A stretch of 61,740 bases of DNA, counting the filler, from Candidatus Woesearchaeota archaeon (lineage in GTDB: Archaea; Nanobdellota; Nanobdellia; Woesearchaeales; CAZJJJ01), in assembly GCA_046538795.1 (NCBI GenBank). It is 7 parts of 7 records of this genome, joined end to end, with 100 filler letters (N's around TTAATTAATTAA, not from the genome) between each part and the next. Parts side by side here need not be neighbours in the genome. Positions count along the whole stretch, not along the records: positions 47,931 to 51,503 come from JBKHIF010000093.1; positions 51,604 to 54,934 come from JBKHIF010000094.1; positions 55,035 to 58,362 come from JBKHIF010000095.1; 4 more parts are not named here. One strand, given 5' to 3'. A program made the position numbers and the translations under genes. The notes under the pieces were generated by a model that was not told the DNA's origin, did no database searches, and saw only the letters and a list, made by a program, of their open reading frames with translations. Below, piece by piece: positions 48,540 through 57,940 of the stretch (its first letter is position 1; every line of letters starts with the position of its first letter).

Positions 48540-51452
48540 TCAGGGCTGTATCTTGTTTATCTTTGCATCTGACAAAAGAATTATATTGTTTTTCTCAAAT
48601 TCTTTTTTAGCAATAGCAATAAGGTTTTCATCGCTAAAGCTTTTCGGAAAAGCGTCTTTTATGTCAGAACAGCTTTCCACAAAAATGCTGAATTTATTTT
48701 TTGTTGAATTGCTCAAAAGAAATCTATTTAGTTCAAGTAAAACATCAGGAGTAGTATGTTCAGGAGGAAGCCCCATTTCATGGAATATTATATCACAATC
48801 ATCGTACCAGGAAAAATCCTCGCGTTCTGCCCATTCTTTTATCCCTTGTGCATATGGCTCGAACAAAGACTGGTTATTCAGATAAGCTATCTTATCTGAA
48901 GGTATGTTAAGATCCACAAGCTTCTGAAATGCTATTGATGAAAAATCATCATAGAATGATTTTCTGGAATCATCAAGAGATCTTTGCCTAAGGGATGCAG
49001 CCACAGACCAAAGCCCCTGCGCGATCCGTTCATCTGAATCAAAAAGCCTGCTGTATCCTGCATCTTTAAAACCCAGTTTTTCAAGGACAGAATCAAGGGC
49101 AAAAAGGTAATCATCTCTTCTTATTACATTTGAGCCTGACATTCCTATGGTCTTATTATCAAAAGAAAACTTAAAGCTGTAAGATAAGCTTTTATCCCTG
49201 CTCTGTTTGAGTTCTATTTTCAGGTCCCGGTCGATAGTCCTTATGGTTTTCCCAACAAAATCATGCTCATCTACATCATATGTTGTGAATTCTTCGCCCT
49301 CTTTTATGATTATAGGAGAAAGGAATTCCTTAAGAGAGCCGGGATTTTCCTTATCAAATATATAAGAGAACTTGAATAGTATTTTTTCAAGGAGCTCTTT
49401 TGTGGTAAGTAAAGTAAATCTAGACATCCTCTTTTTCTTGAACTGCAGAAAGCTTCCGAAACCAGAACTGTTCTCATCATCGATTCTTGTAAGTATTACA
49501 GCATTTATAACATCAGGATGTATCTTATGACTGATAAGAGAATCTATTGGTTTTCCGACAGGATCGATCCATATATTTGTATTCTTATAATGCAATATCT
49601 TGCTTGATCTCCTGTCAAGAAGAGTCTTGTTTTGCTGATAAATCTTTTTTGAGGATAATTTCATTACAGGATCGTCAATAATATAGCACCTGAGACTTTT
49701 GCTCCGGTTCATCCAGTGAGTTTTTTTCTGAACTTTTGAAAGTTTTTTTATTGTCTTATCTCTGGTCGGAGTTATCTTTAAGGATAATTTGTTTTCAAGT
49801 TTATTTCCGACATATACCCACAATGAATCACCATGCTGCATAACACGAAGAGGTGATCGTCCAACAGATGTATCCATTTGCCTGATTTGTTCTCTTGTTT
49901 TAAAAGTATATTCATCATGCACCTTGATAAAGTTTATTTCATCATTTATGTTTATGTTTGAACTTTCTCTTATGGTTTCTGAATCCCGGTATATGCTGAA
50001 AAATATTTTTTCACGAAGCCTATCCATATCATCAGAATTTCCTATTATGTCAATTTTTATGCCAGATCCATTATTTCCAAGTTGAGAATAATATTTATGC
50101 AGGCGGTAGGGAAATTGTATGGATACATTGTCAGAAAGTTCGTTCACTTCGATAGAAGGCACATAAATCTGGGCGGGCGTGATCCTGTCAAGACCTACGT
50201 GATCATCTATCTTAGACTGATTGACTGCAATCTTTTGCAAAACATCAGGACAAGAACCGATAAGAACATTTGTTGAAAGCCCTTCTTCCCATCCCCCCTC
50301 AGGAGTCTTTATTTCCTCGTATAATTTAAGATGATAACAGGGAACATAAGAATCAAGCTTGTCACATACTAGCCTGTATTTTCCTCTTACATAATTGTGC
50401 ATGTTCTTGAGTGAATCATTAAGACGTTTTATAAGCATCATATCTTTATTAAGTATGAACTTGTCATCGACAAAATCCTGCTGCGCCCAGTATATTATCT
50501 CAGACATGTGCTTGTTTAATGCAGCAGAACATCTTTTCAAAAAAGAAAGCATTTTTTTGATCTCATTATAATGCTTAAGATTTTTTTTCTCATCATCAGA
50601 AAGGCCTTCTATAAGGGAACCATAATAAGATTTCACGTGCTCTACAAAAACAGAGACTTCTTTGATATAGTTCATCTTGCAAAACTCATCAAAATCAACT
50701 TTTACGTCCACCCTGAACTCATTTACAAATGATGCCTGATATGAAACCAAAAGCTCTTTTAATTCAGAATCAAGTTTTCCAAGCACAGTTTTTTTTTCAT
50801 GAGGTTCATAAAAACCGCTGTATTCAGAGAATTGAAGCAATTTTAATATATGTTTTCTTACAACAGGATAAAGGCTTGACTGAGCTTCATAGCTTTTAAG
50901 ATCGTGGCCCTGATCTTTCATTATGCCAGACACAAGATCGTCATTTTTTTTTGAGGACAATTTAATCTGAAGGCATTTTTTTGGTTTTCTCTTGTGGGAA
51001 AGCCTTCTTTGCTCAGATCGTATCACTTTAAGTTCAGATCTTTCTTTATCAAGAATATATTCAAGCCGTCTGCAAGTATTTTCAACCAGATCTTTAACAT
51101 CATCATCGATTGTCTTTTGAAGGAGATTCTGAAGTTCAATCACAAGGGATTTAATCTCTCCTATTATCCTTACTTCATTCTCTTCTGCAAAGCGTTTTGA
51201 TTTTTCCAGGCCTCTTAGAACATGCGCAGATGAATCAAGATATGAAGAAAGCTCTTTTTCAAATTTTACAAGGAAGCCTGCATGATCAAATACTTTTTGT
51301 TTTCTGTTTGCAAACTCAGACCTGAGAACCCTTAAATTTTCAAGAAGCTCCCATTCACGTTTTTCTTCATCATGGTCTGTTTCTGAAAGATAGAATACGC
51401 CTCGTTCTGTGCCTGCCTTATCCCTGAAAGAATATGTCTTTATTGATACCAT
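48540..51452 (-). CDS. Large protein: N-terminal helical/coiled region plus degenerate MBL-fold domain
   Basis: IWIDP...INAVILTRIDDEN (where THxHxDH is expected) and DIIFHEMGLPPEHT. Confidence 0.6.
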   Translation of the reverse strand: MVSIKTYSFRDKAGTERGVFYLSETDHDEEKREWELLENLRVLRSEFANRKQKVFDHAGFLVKFEKELSSYLDSSAHVLRGLEKSKRFAEENEVRIIGEIKSLVIELQNLLQKTIDDDVKDLVENTCRRLEYILDKERSELKVIRSEQRRLSHKRKPKKCLQIKLSSKKNDDLVSGIMKDQGHDLKSYEAQSSLYPVVRKHILKLLQFSEYSGFYEPHEKKTVLGKLDSELKELLVSYQASFVNEFRVDVKVDFDEFCKMNYIKEVSVFVEHVKSYYGSLIEGLSDDEKKNLKHYNEIKKMLSFLKRCSAALNKHMSEIIYWAQQDFVDDKFILNKDMMLIKRLNDSLKNMHNYVRGKYRLVCDKLDSYVPCYHLKLYEEIKTPEGGWEEGLSTNVLIGSCPDVLQKIAVNQSKIDDHVGLDRITPAQIYVPSIEVNELSDNVSIQFPYRLHKYYSQLGNNGSGIKIDIIGNSDDMDRLREKIFFSIYRDSETIRESSNININDEINFIKVHDEYTFKTREQIRQMDTSVGRSPLRVMQHGDSLWVYVGNKLENKLSLKITPTRDKTIKKLSKVQKKTHWMNRSKSLRCYIIDDPVMKLSSKKIYQQNKTLLDRRSSKILHYKNTNIWIDPVGKPIDSLISHKIHPDVINAVILTRIDDENSSGFGSFLQFKKKRMSRFTLLTTKELLEKILFKFSYIFDKENPGSLKEFLSPIIIKEGEEFTTYDVDEHDFVGKTIRTIDRDLKIELKQSRDKSLSYSFKFSFDNKTIGMSGSNVIRRDDYLFALDSVLEKLGFKDAGYSRLFDSDERIAQGLWSVAASLRQRSLDDSRKSFYDDFSSIAFQKLVDLNIPSDKIAYLNNQSLFEPYAQGIKEWAEREDFSWYDDCDIIFHEMGLPPEHTTPDVLLELNRFLLSNSTKNKFSIFVESCSDIKDAFPKSFSDENLIAIAKKEFEKNNIILLSDAKINKIQP

Positions 51453-51603
51453 ATTTCAATAATAACTAGTATGATTAATGATATTTAAAGCTTGTTGATT
51501 TGGNNNNNNNNNNNNNNNNNNNNNNNNNNNNNNNNNNNNNNNNNNNNTTAATTAATTAANNNNNNNNNNNNNNNNNNNNNNNNNNNNNNNNNNNNNNNNN
51601 NNN

Positions 51604-51762
51604 CCTGTGAAGGCATGTTCCATTCTCAAGTATGTATGATCCCTGGTTTTCGTCCATAACTGCCTCAAGATACCTGTTGTCCTGGATCCTTGAAATTACT
51701 AGAAATGCTGAGAACATTATTCCTATGATTATCAGTATAAGTCCGATTTGTCTTTGGTTCAT
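51604..51762 (-). CDS. Membrane protein (partial)
   Basis: AGGTGA RBS, N-terminal TM; runs into the gap. Confidence 0.55.
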
Positions 51763-51825
51763 GTTTAATTTTCACCTAATATTAGGAAACTAATTAGAAA
51801 AATAAAAAAATTAATTTTTAAAAAT

Positions 51826-52581
51826 TTATCCTTCAAGTTCTGATTCAATAATTTGCTGGAATACGCTGAATGGCTGTGCACCTGAGACAAGCTGTCCGTT
51901 TATTATAAATCCGGGCGTTCCTCTTATGCCAAGAGCGGTTCCATCAGTCATGTCCATGCTTACTTCATCTGCCATCTCGCCTGAATCAAGACATGAATTG
52001 AACTCTTCTGTGTCAAGTCCCAGATCTTCTGCATATTGCTTGAATGTTGAGACTCCTCCTGAAACACCTTCTTCAAACAGCACGTCATGCATTTCCCAAT
52101 ACATTTCCTGCTCGCCTGCACATTCAGCTGCTTCTGCTGCCTTTTGCGCATTAGGATGTATGCTTGTTAGAGGGAAATCCCTGAATACAAGCTTTACCTG
52201 GCCTGTTTCTATATATTCTTCCTCAATCTGCGGAAGGGTTTGTTCATAGAATCTTGCGCAGAAAGGACATTCAAAATCAGAAAATTCAACGATTGTTACA
52301 GGAGCATTTGCATCTCCTTTTATAGAATCATCATCGATAATCTCTGCCATATCTACTGTCGGTTCCTGGTTTCCCATGTCATTATCCGGGTCTTGTCCTT
52401 CCATATCTGTTGGTTCATCTCCTTCTTCTATGATAACATTTCCCTGAATAAGGTTATCATTTAGAACATCCAGATTTGCGTTGACAATTCCAAGCTGAAA
52501 TATAACTATTATGATAAGGATTGCGTTAAGAATCGCGCCGAACATGAAAATATTCTTTGATTTTATCTTTTTTTCTGTCAT
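51826..52581 (-). CDS. DsbA-like thiol:disulfide oxidoreductase, membrane anchored
   Basis: EFSDFECPFC, FRDFPL..IHP.A and GTPGF motifs; GAGGTG RBS. Confidence 0.92.
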   Translation of the reverse strand: MTEKKIKSKNIFMFGAILNAILIIIVIFQLGIVNANLDVLNDNLIQGNVIIEEGDEPTDMEGQDPDNDMGNQEPTVDMAEIIDDDSIKGDANAPVTIVEFSDFECPFCARFYEQTLPQIEEEYIETGQVKLVFRDFPLTSIHPNAQKAAEAAECAGEQEMYWEMHDVLFEEGVSGGVSTFKQYAEDLGLDTEEFNSCLDSGEMADEVSMDMTDGTALGIRGTPGFIINGQLVSGAQPFSVFQQIIESELEG

Positions 52582-52718
52582 TTTTGCACCTCGTGTCAGA
52601 GTTATTTTTAAAAAAATCAAGAATTGTTTTTTATGATTGGTTTTAAGATTAAATCATTCTTTTTAAATAAGCATAAAATGAATAAATTTATATTTGATTT
52701 TATCCTGAAATCAAGAAT

Positions 52719-52991
52719 ATGGAAATAAAGACTGTGATTTCAGCAATTTTAAAGAATCTTGTTTCTTCTTTAATAGGTGCATTTGTAGGTGCAATAATAT
52801 TTATTTCCTATGGGCTTAATGTTTGGATGCCTGAGCAGGCGGCAGAACTTTCAGGTCTTGGTGCTTTATTCGGCGGGATGGGGCTTGTTGTTGTCACGTT
52901 TATTTTGTTTGGAATTATGGGGGTTCTCGTTGGTATCATAGGAGGTTTGCTTGTTTTGAGAATCCTGAAAAGGCTTAACAAAGATAAATAA
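52719..52991 (+). CDS. Small membrane protein
   Basis: Two Gly-rich hydrophobic segments. Confidence 0.6.
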   Translation: MEIKTVISAILKNLVSSLIGAFVGAIIFISYGLNVWMPEQAAELSGLGALFGGMGLVVVTFILFGIMGVLVGIIGGLLVLRILKRLNKDK

Positions 52992-53049
52992 AATATGTGT
53001 TCTTATAGAAAGATTTTTAAATAGATTGAAAGCACTTTTAGAAGTAATT

Positions 53050-53155
53050 GCTCCGATGGTGTAGTCCGGCCAATCATTTGGCACTTTCGACAGAGAATTT
53101 CAATGAGATTCCTGGAAGACATGCCAAGACCCGGGTTCAAATCCCGGTCGGAGCA
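53050..53155 (+). tRNA. tRNA-Glu(UUC) with 31-nt intron (53090-53120) at position 37/38
   Basis: Acceptor GCTCCGA/TCGGAGC, anticodon stem TGGCA/TGCCA, T-arm CCGGG-TTCAAAT-CCCGG. BHB: CUUU/GAAG helix with 3-nt bulges. Confidence 0.95.
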
Positions 53156-53234
53156 TTTCATTCTCCTTCCCGGTATTTGAACATCTGCGGATAACAAGTT
53201 ATCCTTGAATTTTCCTTTCTTTCGAAAGCAAAAT

Positions 53235-53250
53235 AATCCCAGTCGGAGCA
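53235..53250 (+). repeat. Direct repeat of tRNA-Glu 3' end (att-like)
   Basis: AATCCCAGTCGGAGCA versus AATCCCGGTCGGAGCA (53140-53155), 15/16 identical. Confidence 0.6.
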
Positions 53251-53264
53251 CTCATTATCATTTC

Positions 53265-53663
53265 TTAAAATAGAAATTTCTTCCTTAATGTGAACATGGT
53301 TATGGAGAGTATTATGCTTGCAGCAATCTTTGCGATTATAATATTTAACAAGATCAACTCTACAAAAATCCATATTCCTGCTTCGTTTATGAACAGGCCA
53401 AGGATTGCCAGAAGGACGAATATGATGATTTCTTTTTTCTTTTGATCTTCATATTTTCTGTTCTTGTAAACCCATCTTGTGCTTAGAATGTAATTAAAGA
53501 TAATACCTATACAATATCCTATCCCTACTGCGATAAGATAGTTAAGATCTAATATATAGAGCAGGAATAAAAGTATAGAACTGTCAATTAAAAATACGAT
53601 ATTTGTTGAAACTGCATGTTTTGTGAATTCTGTTATTGTATCAAAGATTGTTTTGCGTTCCAA
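53265..53663 (-). CDS. GtrA family membrane protein
   Basis: Four TM segments; FNYILSTRWVY and IIAKI...RKKFLF patterns. Confidence 0.85.
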   Translation of the reverse strand: MERKTIFDTITEFTKHAVSTNIVFLIDSSILLFLLYILDLNYLIAVGIGYCIGIIFNYILSTRWVYKNRKYEDQKKKEIIIFVLLAILGLFINEAGIWIFVELILLNIIIAKIAASIILSITMFTLRKKFLF

Positions 53664-53762
53664 GATTTTATATTAATGTAATTGTCTTTTAAAAAATTTT
53701 TCATGATTAAAATATATTTTCATAGAAAACTTTAAATAACTACTTTGCTATTTGTTTTTCTC

Positions 53763-54281
53763 ATGAGTGATGATATTATTAAGCAGAGTGAAATCAAATT
53801 AACCGGTGACATTGCACTTCTTCATTATAAAGGTGTATTTGATCTGCAGGGCCTTTATAAGATGATGAGAGCATGGTTTGCAGACAAACAGTATGATTTT
53901 TATGAGACTTTGCATAAGGCAAAGCCTCCTGAACTTGAGCTTGAATGGGTCGCAAGCAGAAAAGTTTCCGGTTACATAAAGCATTTTGTTTACATAGAAT
54001 TTCATTTTTGGGGTCTTCATGATATAGAAGCTGTTGTTGATGGTGTCAAGAAACCGATGAATGAAGGACGTTTTACCCTTAAGTTTGATGGTGAGGTAAA
54101 GACCGATTATGAAGGTTCCTGGGAAGAAGAAAGATCATCTCTTAGGGCCAAGATGAAGTACCTTTATGAGAATTATATAATAAAAAAAGATCTTCTTCTT
54201 AATGATGCTGATCTGTTGGTCAATGAGATAAGAGCGCTTAAGGATAAGACAAAAGATTTCCTTGGAATGGAAGGTGTATAA
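53763..54281 (+). CDS. Hypothetical protein, paralog 1 of tandem pair
   Basis: Shares Y.GxF...L......WF and TDYEG.WE motifs with the next ORF. Confidence 0.75.
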   Translation: MSDDIIKQSEIKLTGDIALLHYKGVFDLQGLYKMMRAWFADKQYDFYETLHKAKPPELELEWVASRKVSGYIKHFVYIEFHFWGLHDIEAVVDGVKKPMNEGRFTLKFDGEVKTDYEGSWEEERSSLRAKMKYLYENYIIKKDLLLNDADLLVNEIRALKDKTKDFLGMEGV

Positions 54282-54283
54282 AG

Positions 54284-54793
54284 ATGCCTGAAAGAAGACC
54301 TGTTGTTTCCGGAATCGTGATAAAATATTCCGGTTTGTTTAATGCTAAAGAATTGTGGAAGCTTATTGAGAACTGGTTTGATGAGAATGGTTATAGTGAT
54401 CGTCCTGAAGTTTATCATGATGAGTATGTCGTAAAAGGACATAAGGATATAGAGATACGTTATCAGCCTTACAGAAAGGTTTCTGATTACATGAAGCTTG
54501 AGCACAGGCTTATCATAAAGATCCTTGATCTTGAAAAAAAGACTATAACAAAAGATGGTCATAAGATAAAGGTCGATAAGGCAGACCTTAATATAAGGTT
54601 TGACAGTTTTCTTAACACTGATTATGAAGGAAGATGGGAAAATACTCCTGGATTCTTTTTTATAAGGACTCTTTTTGACAAGTTTGTATTCAAGACATAT
54701 ACAGGAAAATATGAACAGATGCTTGGTGATCAGGTTCAGGAAATGAAGACTCTTATTGAGAAATATCTCAACATTTACAGGAGCAATTCGTAA
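54284..54793 (+). CDS. Hypothetical protein, paralog 2 of tandem pair
   Basis: YSGLFNAKELWKLIENWF and TDYEGRWE motifs. Confidence 0.75.
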   Translation: MPERRPVVSGIVIKYSGLFNAKELWKLIENWFDENGYSDRPEVYHDEYVVKGHKDIEIRYQPYRKVSDYMKLEHRLIIKILDLEKKTITKDGHKIKVDKADLNIRFDSFLNTDYEGRWENTPGFFFIRTLFDKFVFKTYTGKYEQMLGDQVQEMKTLIEKYLNIYRSNS

Positions 54794-54832
54794 GCTTTTT
54801 AAATGGATTGCTTTTCTTTCTGCTTATTAATC

Positions 54833-54933
54833 GTGGGGGTAGCAAAGTCTGGTCAAATGCGCAGGACTTAAGTGCCTTGTCTAAGACATCCTGTCTCTTA
54901 GTGAGTTCGTGGGTTCGAATCCCATCCCCCACA
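54833..54933 (+). tRNA. tRNA-Leu(UAA) with 15-nt intron (54873-54887)
   Basis: Acceptor GTGGGGG/CCCCCAC, anticodon stem CAGGA/TCCTG, long variable arm, GTGGG-TTCGAAT-CCCAT. CUUA/UAAG central BHB helix. Confidence 0.92.
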
Positions 54934-55140
54934 TNNNNNNNNNNNNNNNNNNNNNNNNNNNNNNNNNNNNNNNNNNNNTTAATTAATTAANNNNNNNNNN
55001 NNNNNNNNNNNNNNNNNNNNNNNNNNNNNNNNNNCAACAACAAAATCAAAAGAATAATCAGAAAAATGCAATGAACACTGTTTTTACTAAGGTTATTGGT
55101 TTTAGCAGGTTTCAGCCCAAAAGATAAAATTTGGTTTTAT

Positions 55141-56361
55141 TCAATACTTGTCTGAAAGCATGGCCTGATGTTCGTCAGAACCTGCAAGATTGTTAAATAA
55201 GATAAGATAATCCTTAATGTGTCTTGACACAAGAAAGTTCTCCCGCACAAACTCATGCGCATTTTTTCCCATCTCTTTAGCTCTCGCAGGGTCTGAGATA
55301 ATCTCATACATATAGTATGCAACCTGTTCAAGATGGTGGCGTTTCTTGGTTTGGTCAGTTTCATCAAGAGCGCATGCGTCAACTAAAAAACCATTATGTC
55401 CATGTTTTATCTGCAAGGGTATTCCACCTACCTTTGTACCAATTACAGGTGTAGCTTTCCATAATGCTTCTGAAACAGTAAGAGCAAATCCCTCTCTTAA
55501 TGATTTTTGCATTACAAGATCTGACCCTGTCTGGAATGCATTGACAACATCCTGATTGTCTCCCCAGATAAGATGAATATCATTCTTGTAAGAGCTGTTT
55601 TCTTTTTGCTCCTGGACAAGCTGAAGCATCATGCCGCCCTCAGGATCATCTGTTGCACCATTGTAAACCAAAGCTAAAGAGCAATCTATATTATATTTAT
55701 CTCTGAGAAGATCAAATGCCTGAATAACGCCGAGAGGATCTTTCCATTTGTCAAGCCTTGAAACTTGTGTAATAAGAGGCTTATCCAGAGGAATATTGAA
55801 TTCAGAAAGAATCTTTTTTACCTCTTCTTTTTCCATAAGCCTGTTTTTTGATGCCAAAGGATCTATAGACGGAGGTATCGTAACCCAGTTAAGTCCCCTT
55901 CCTCTTGTAAAATCTCTCTTAGAAGCAATAGCTGCATCAAATTTCATTGCATATTTGAATACAAAATCCCATAACTCATCATCAGGATTGCTTGTATCTA
56001 TGTGGGTTCTCCAGATCCATTTTGAGCCATCATCTTTTCTTTTAGCGATAAGTTTCAGCGGCTGAGGATCATGGATCACAACAATATCAGAACCTGACAA
56101 GTTGCTGAAATGATCATTAAGATGTACATTAAGAGAATCAAAGCGTTCATTGTAAAAAACATCATATCCTTTTATCTGTTCAAGTATGTCTGCCATGACC
56201 TCTCCCTGAAGAGCATTATGGAATGATTTAGTAACACTAAAAAAATCAGTATCACCTTCAAGAACAAGCCATTCAGTCCTTACACCAAGCTGGTTTAAGT
56301 AAGGTACGATGCTTTGAAGAAGTACTGCGACACCGCCTCCGACTTTTGTCGAATTGACCAT
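55141..56361 (-). CDS. TreT-like GT4 glycosyltransferase (trehalose synthase family)
   Basis: NSTKVGGGVA, FFSVTKSFHNALQG, HDPQP, QVSRLDKWKDP and EGFALTVSEALWK motifs. The start is problematic (see findings). Confidence 0.85.
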   Translation of the reverse strand: MVNSTKVGGGVAVLLQSIVPYLNQLGVRTEWLVLEGDTDFFSVTKSFHNALQGEVMADILEQIKGYDVFYNERFDSLNVHLNDHFSNLSGSDIVVIHDPQPLKLIAKRKDDGSKWIWRTHIDTSNPDDELWDFVFKYAMKFDAAIASKRDFTRGRGLNWVTIPPSIDPLASKNRLMEKEEVKKILSEFNIPLDKPLITQVSRLDKWKDPLGVIQAFDLLRDKYNIDCSLALVYNGATDDPEGGMMLQLVQEQKENSSYKNDIHLIWGDNQDVVNAFQTGSDLVMQKSLREGFALTVSEALWKATPVIGTKVGGIPLQIKHGHNGFLVDACALDETDQTKKRHHLEQVAYYMYEIISDPARAKEMGKNAHEFVRENFLVSRHIKDYLILFNNLAGSDEHQAMLSDKY

Positions 56362-56592
56362 AGTAACTCTCTTGTCAGCTATTCCTGAAGCAAGAATCCT
56401 TAACTCATCAATCTTATGTTTCCCTGCAAATTTCTGTAATTCCTCTAAATCTGGTTCAGGAGTCGTTGTCTATCGCCCTTGCCTGAATATGGAAGCATGT
56501 TTTTATATTTTATTGTGCTACATCACAATAAACAGGATTTATCAAAGATATCTCCGAAAGCCTTTTAATCTTTTCCTGATTTTTATATTCTT

Positions 56593-57687
56593 ATGAAAGA
56601 GCTTAGCTATATTGAGATCAAAAAGGTAGTTGAAGAGCTTCAGTTTCTTAAAGGCGGAAAGATCGAGCAGATCTATATGCCTGGAAGAAAAGAGATATTC
56701 CTTAAACTTTATCTTAAGGATTCACCTAAGCTAAACTTAAGGATACTTGTCCCAAATTTTCTCTATCTGACAAGCTACAAGCCCAATACTGATTTTCCTC
56801 CAGGATTTTGCACCTTCTTGAGAAAAAAGATACAAAGAGCAAGAATAAAAGACATATATCAAAAAGGAAATGAAAGGATAATAGTCATGACAATAGAAGC
56901 AAAAGATAGCACTTTTGATCTTATCATGGAATTTTTCCTCAAAGGAAACGTAATGCTCTGTGAGAACAACAAGATCTTATCTCCTCTTGAAAATCAGAAC
57001 TGGAAAGAAAGGACAATACGAGGAGGCGTAGAGTATTCTGTTCCTGAAAAAGAGCTTTCAGAGCTTAAGGAAGATCTGGATAAGCCTCTTGTCAAATTTC
57101 TTGCGACTGAGATGAACCTTGGAGGAACAATAGCTGAAGAGGTCTGCTTAAGAACCGGAATAGATAAATCCTCAAAAAAGCTTTCAGAAGAAAACATCAA
57201 AAGACTAAACTCAGAGATTGATGCTCTTAAAGAAGAAAAACCAAAAGGATTCTCTTATTACAGGAAAAACAGTGACAAGAAAGATCTTGTGGATGTCATG
57301 CCTTTTGAAATGCAGAAATATAACGAGCATGAGAAGATAGAACATGAATCTTTCAACAAAGCCCTTGACTCATCACTTACTGAAGCTAGGATTGAAAAAG
57401 TAAAAGAAGCAAATAAAAAAACAATCGGAACAAAATCAAGAAAGTTTGAAAACATCATAAAAGCCCAGGAAAAACAGTTTGAAAAACTTGAGAAAAAAAT
57501 AGAAGAATCCTCAAAAAAAGGAGAGCTTATCTACAACAACTACAATTCAGTCAAAGAAATATTAGGTGAATTGCACAAAGCAAACAAGAAATATTCATGG
57601 AAAGAGATAAAAGAAAAGCTAAAAGACCATAAGATCATAAAAAATATAGATGAAAAAACAGGGAAAGTAACTCTTGATCTAAAGTGA
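56593..57687 (+). CDS. NFACT/Rqc2-family protein, N-terminal half only
   Basis: GKIEQIY, PPGFCTFLRK, ERII, EFF.KGN and GELIY motifs; ends at GKVTLDLK without the NFACT-R domain. Confidence 0.85.
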   Translation: MKELSYIEIKKVVEELQFLKGGKIEQIYMPGRKEIFLKLYLKDSPKLNLRILVPNFLYLTSYKPNTDFPPGFCTFLRKKIQRARIKDIYQKGNERIIVMTIEAKDSTFDLIMEFFLKGNVMLCENNKILSPLENQNWKERTIRGGVEYSVPEKELSELKEDLDKPLVKFLATEMNLGGTIAEEVCLRTGIDKSSKKLSEENIKRLNSEIDALKEEKPKGFSYYRKNSDKKDLVDVMPFEMQKYNEHEKIEHESFNKALDSSLTEARIEKVKEANKKTIGTKSRKFENIIKAQEKQFEKLEKKIEESSKKGELIYNNYNSVKEILGELHKANKKYSWKEIKEKLKDHKIIKNIDEKTGKVTLDLK

Positions 57688-57715
57688 TAGATGTATGGTT
57701 AATCAAATTCATTAA

Positions 57716-57940
57716 AAATCAACACACATAACAAAACGAGGGAATTCTCTATTGAGATATCAATTCTATATGTTAGCATTAATACATCTAAGGTATAAGA
57801 AAGGATATTATGATTTTTTTCATAAATTAAAAGATAAAGGTAAGCATCCAAAGAAATGTATGGTTGCAACTGCAAGAAAGATTGCAATCAAAACATATTA
57901 TGAGATGAAGAAATGCCATCTTAAGCAAGAATTGTCCTAA
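57716..57940 (+). mobile_element. IS110-family transposase C-terminal remnant
   Basis: In-frame HITKRGNSLLRYQFY...KGKHPKKCMVATARKIA; preceded by a stop, with no N-terminal domain. Confidence 0.7.
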
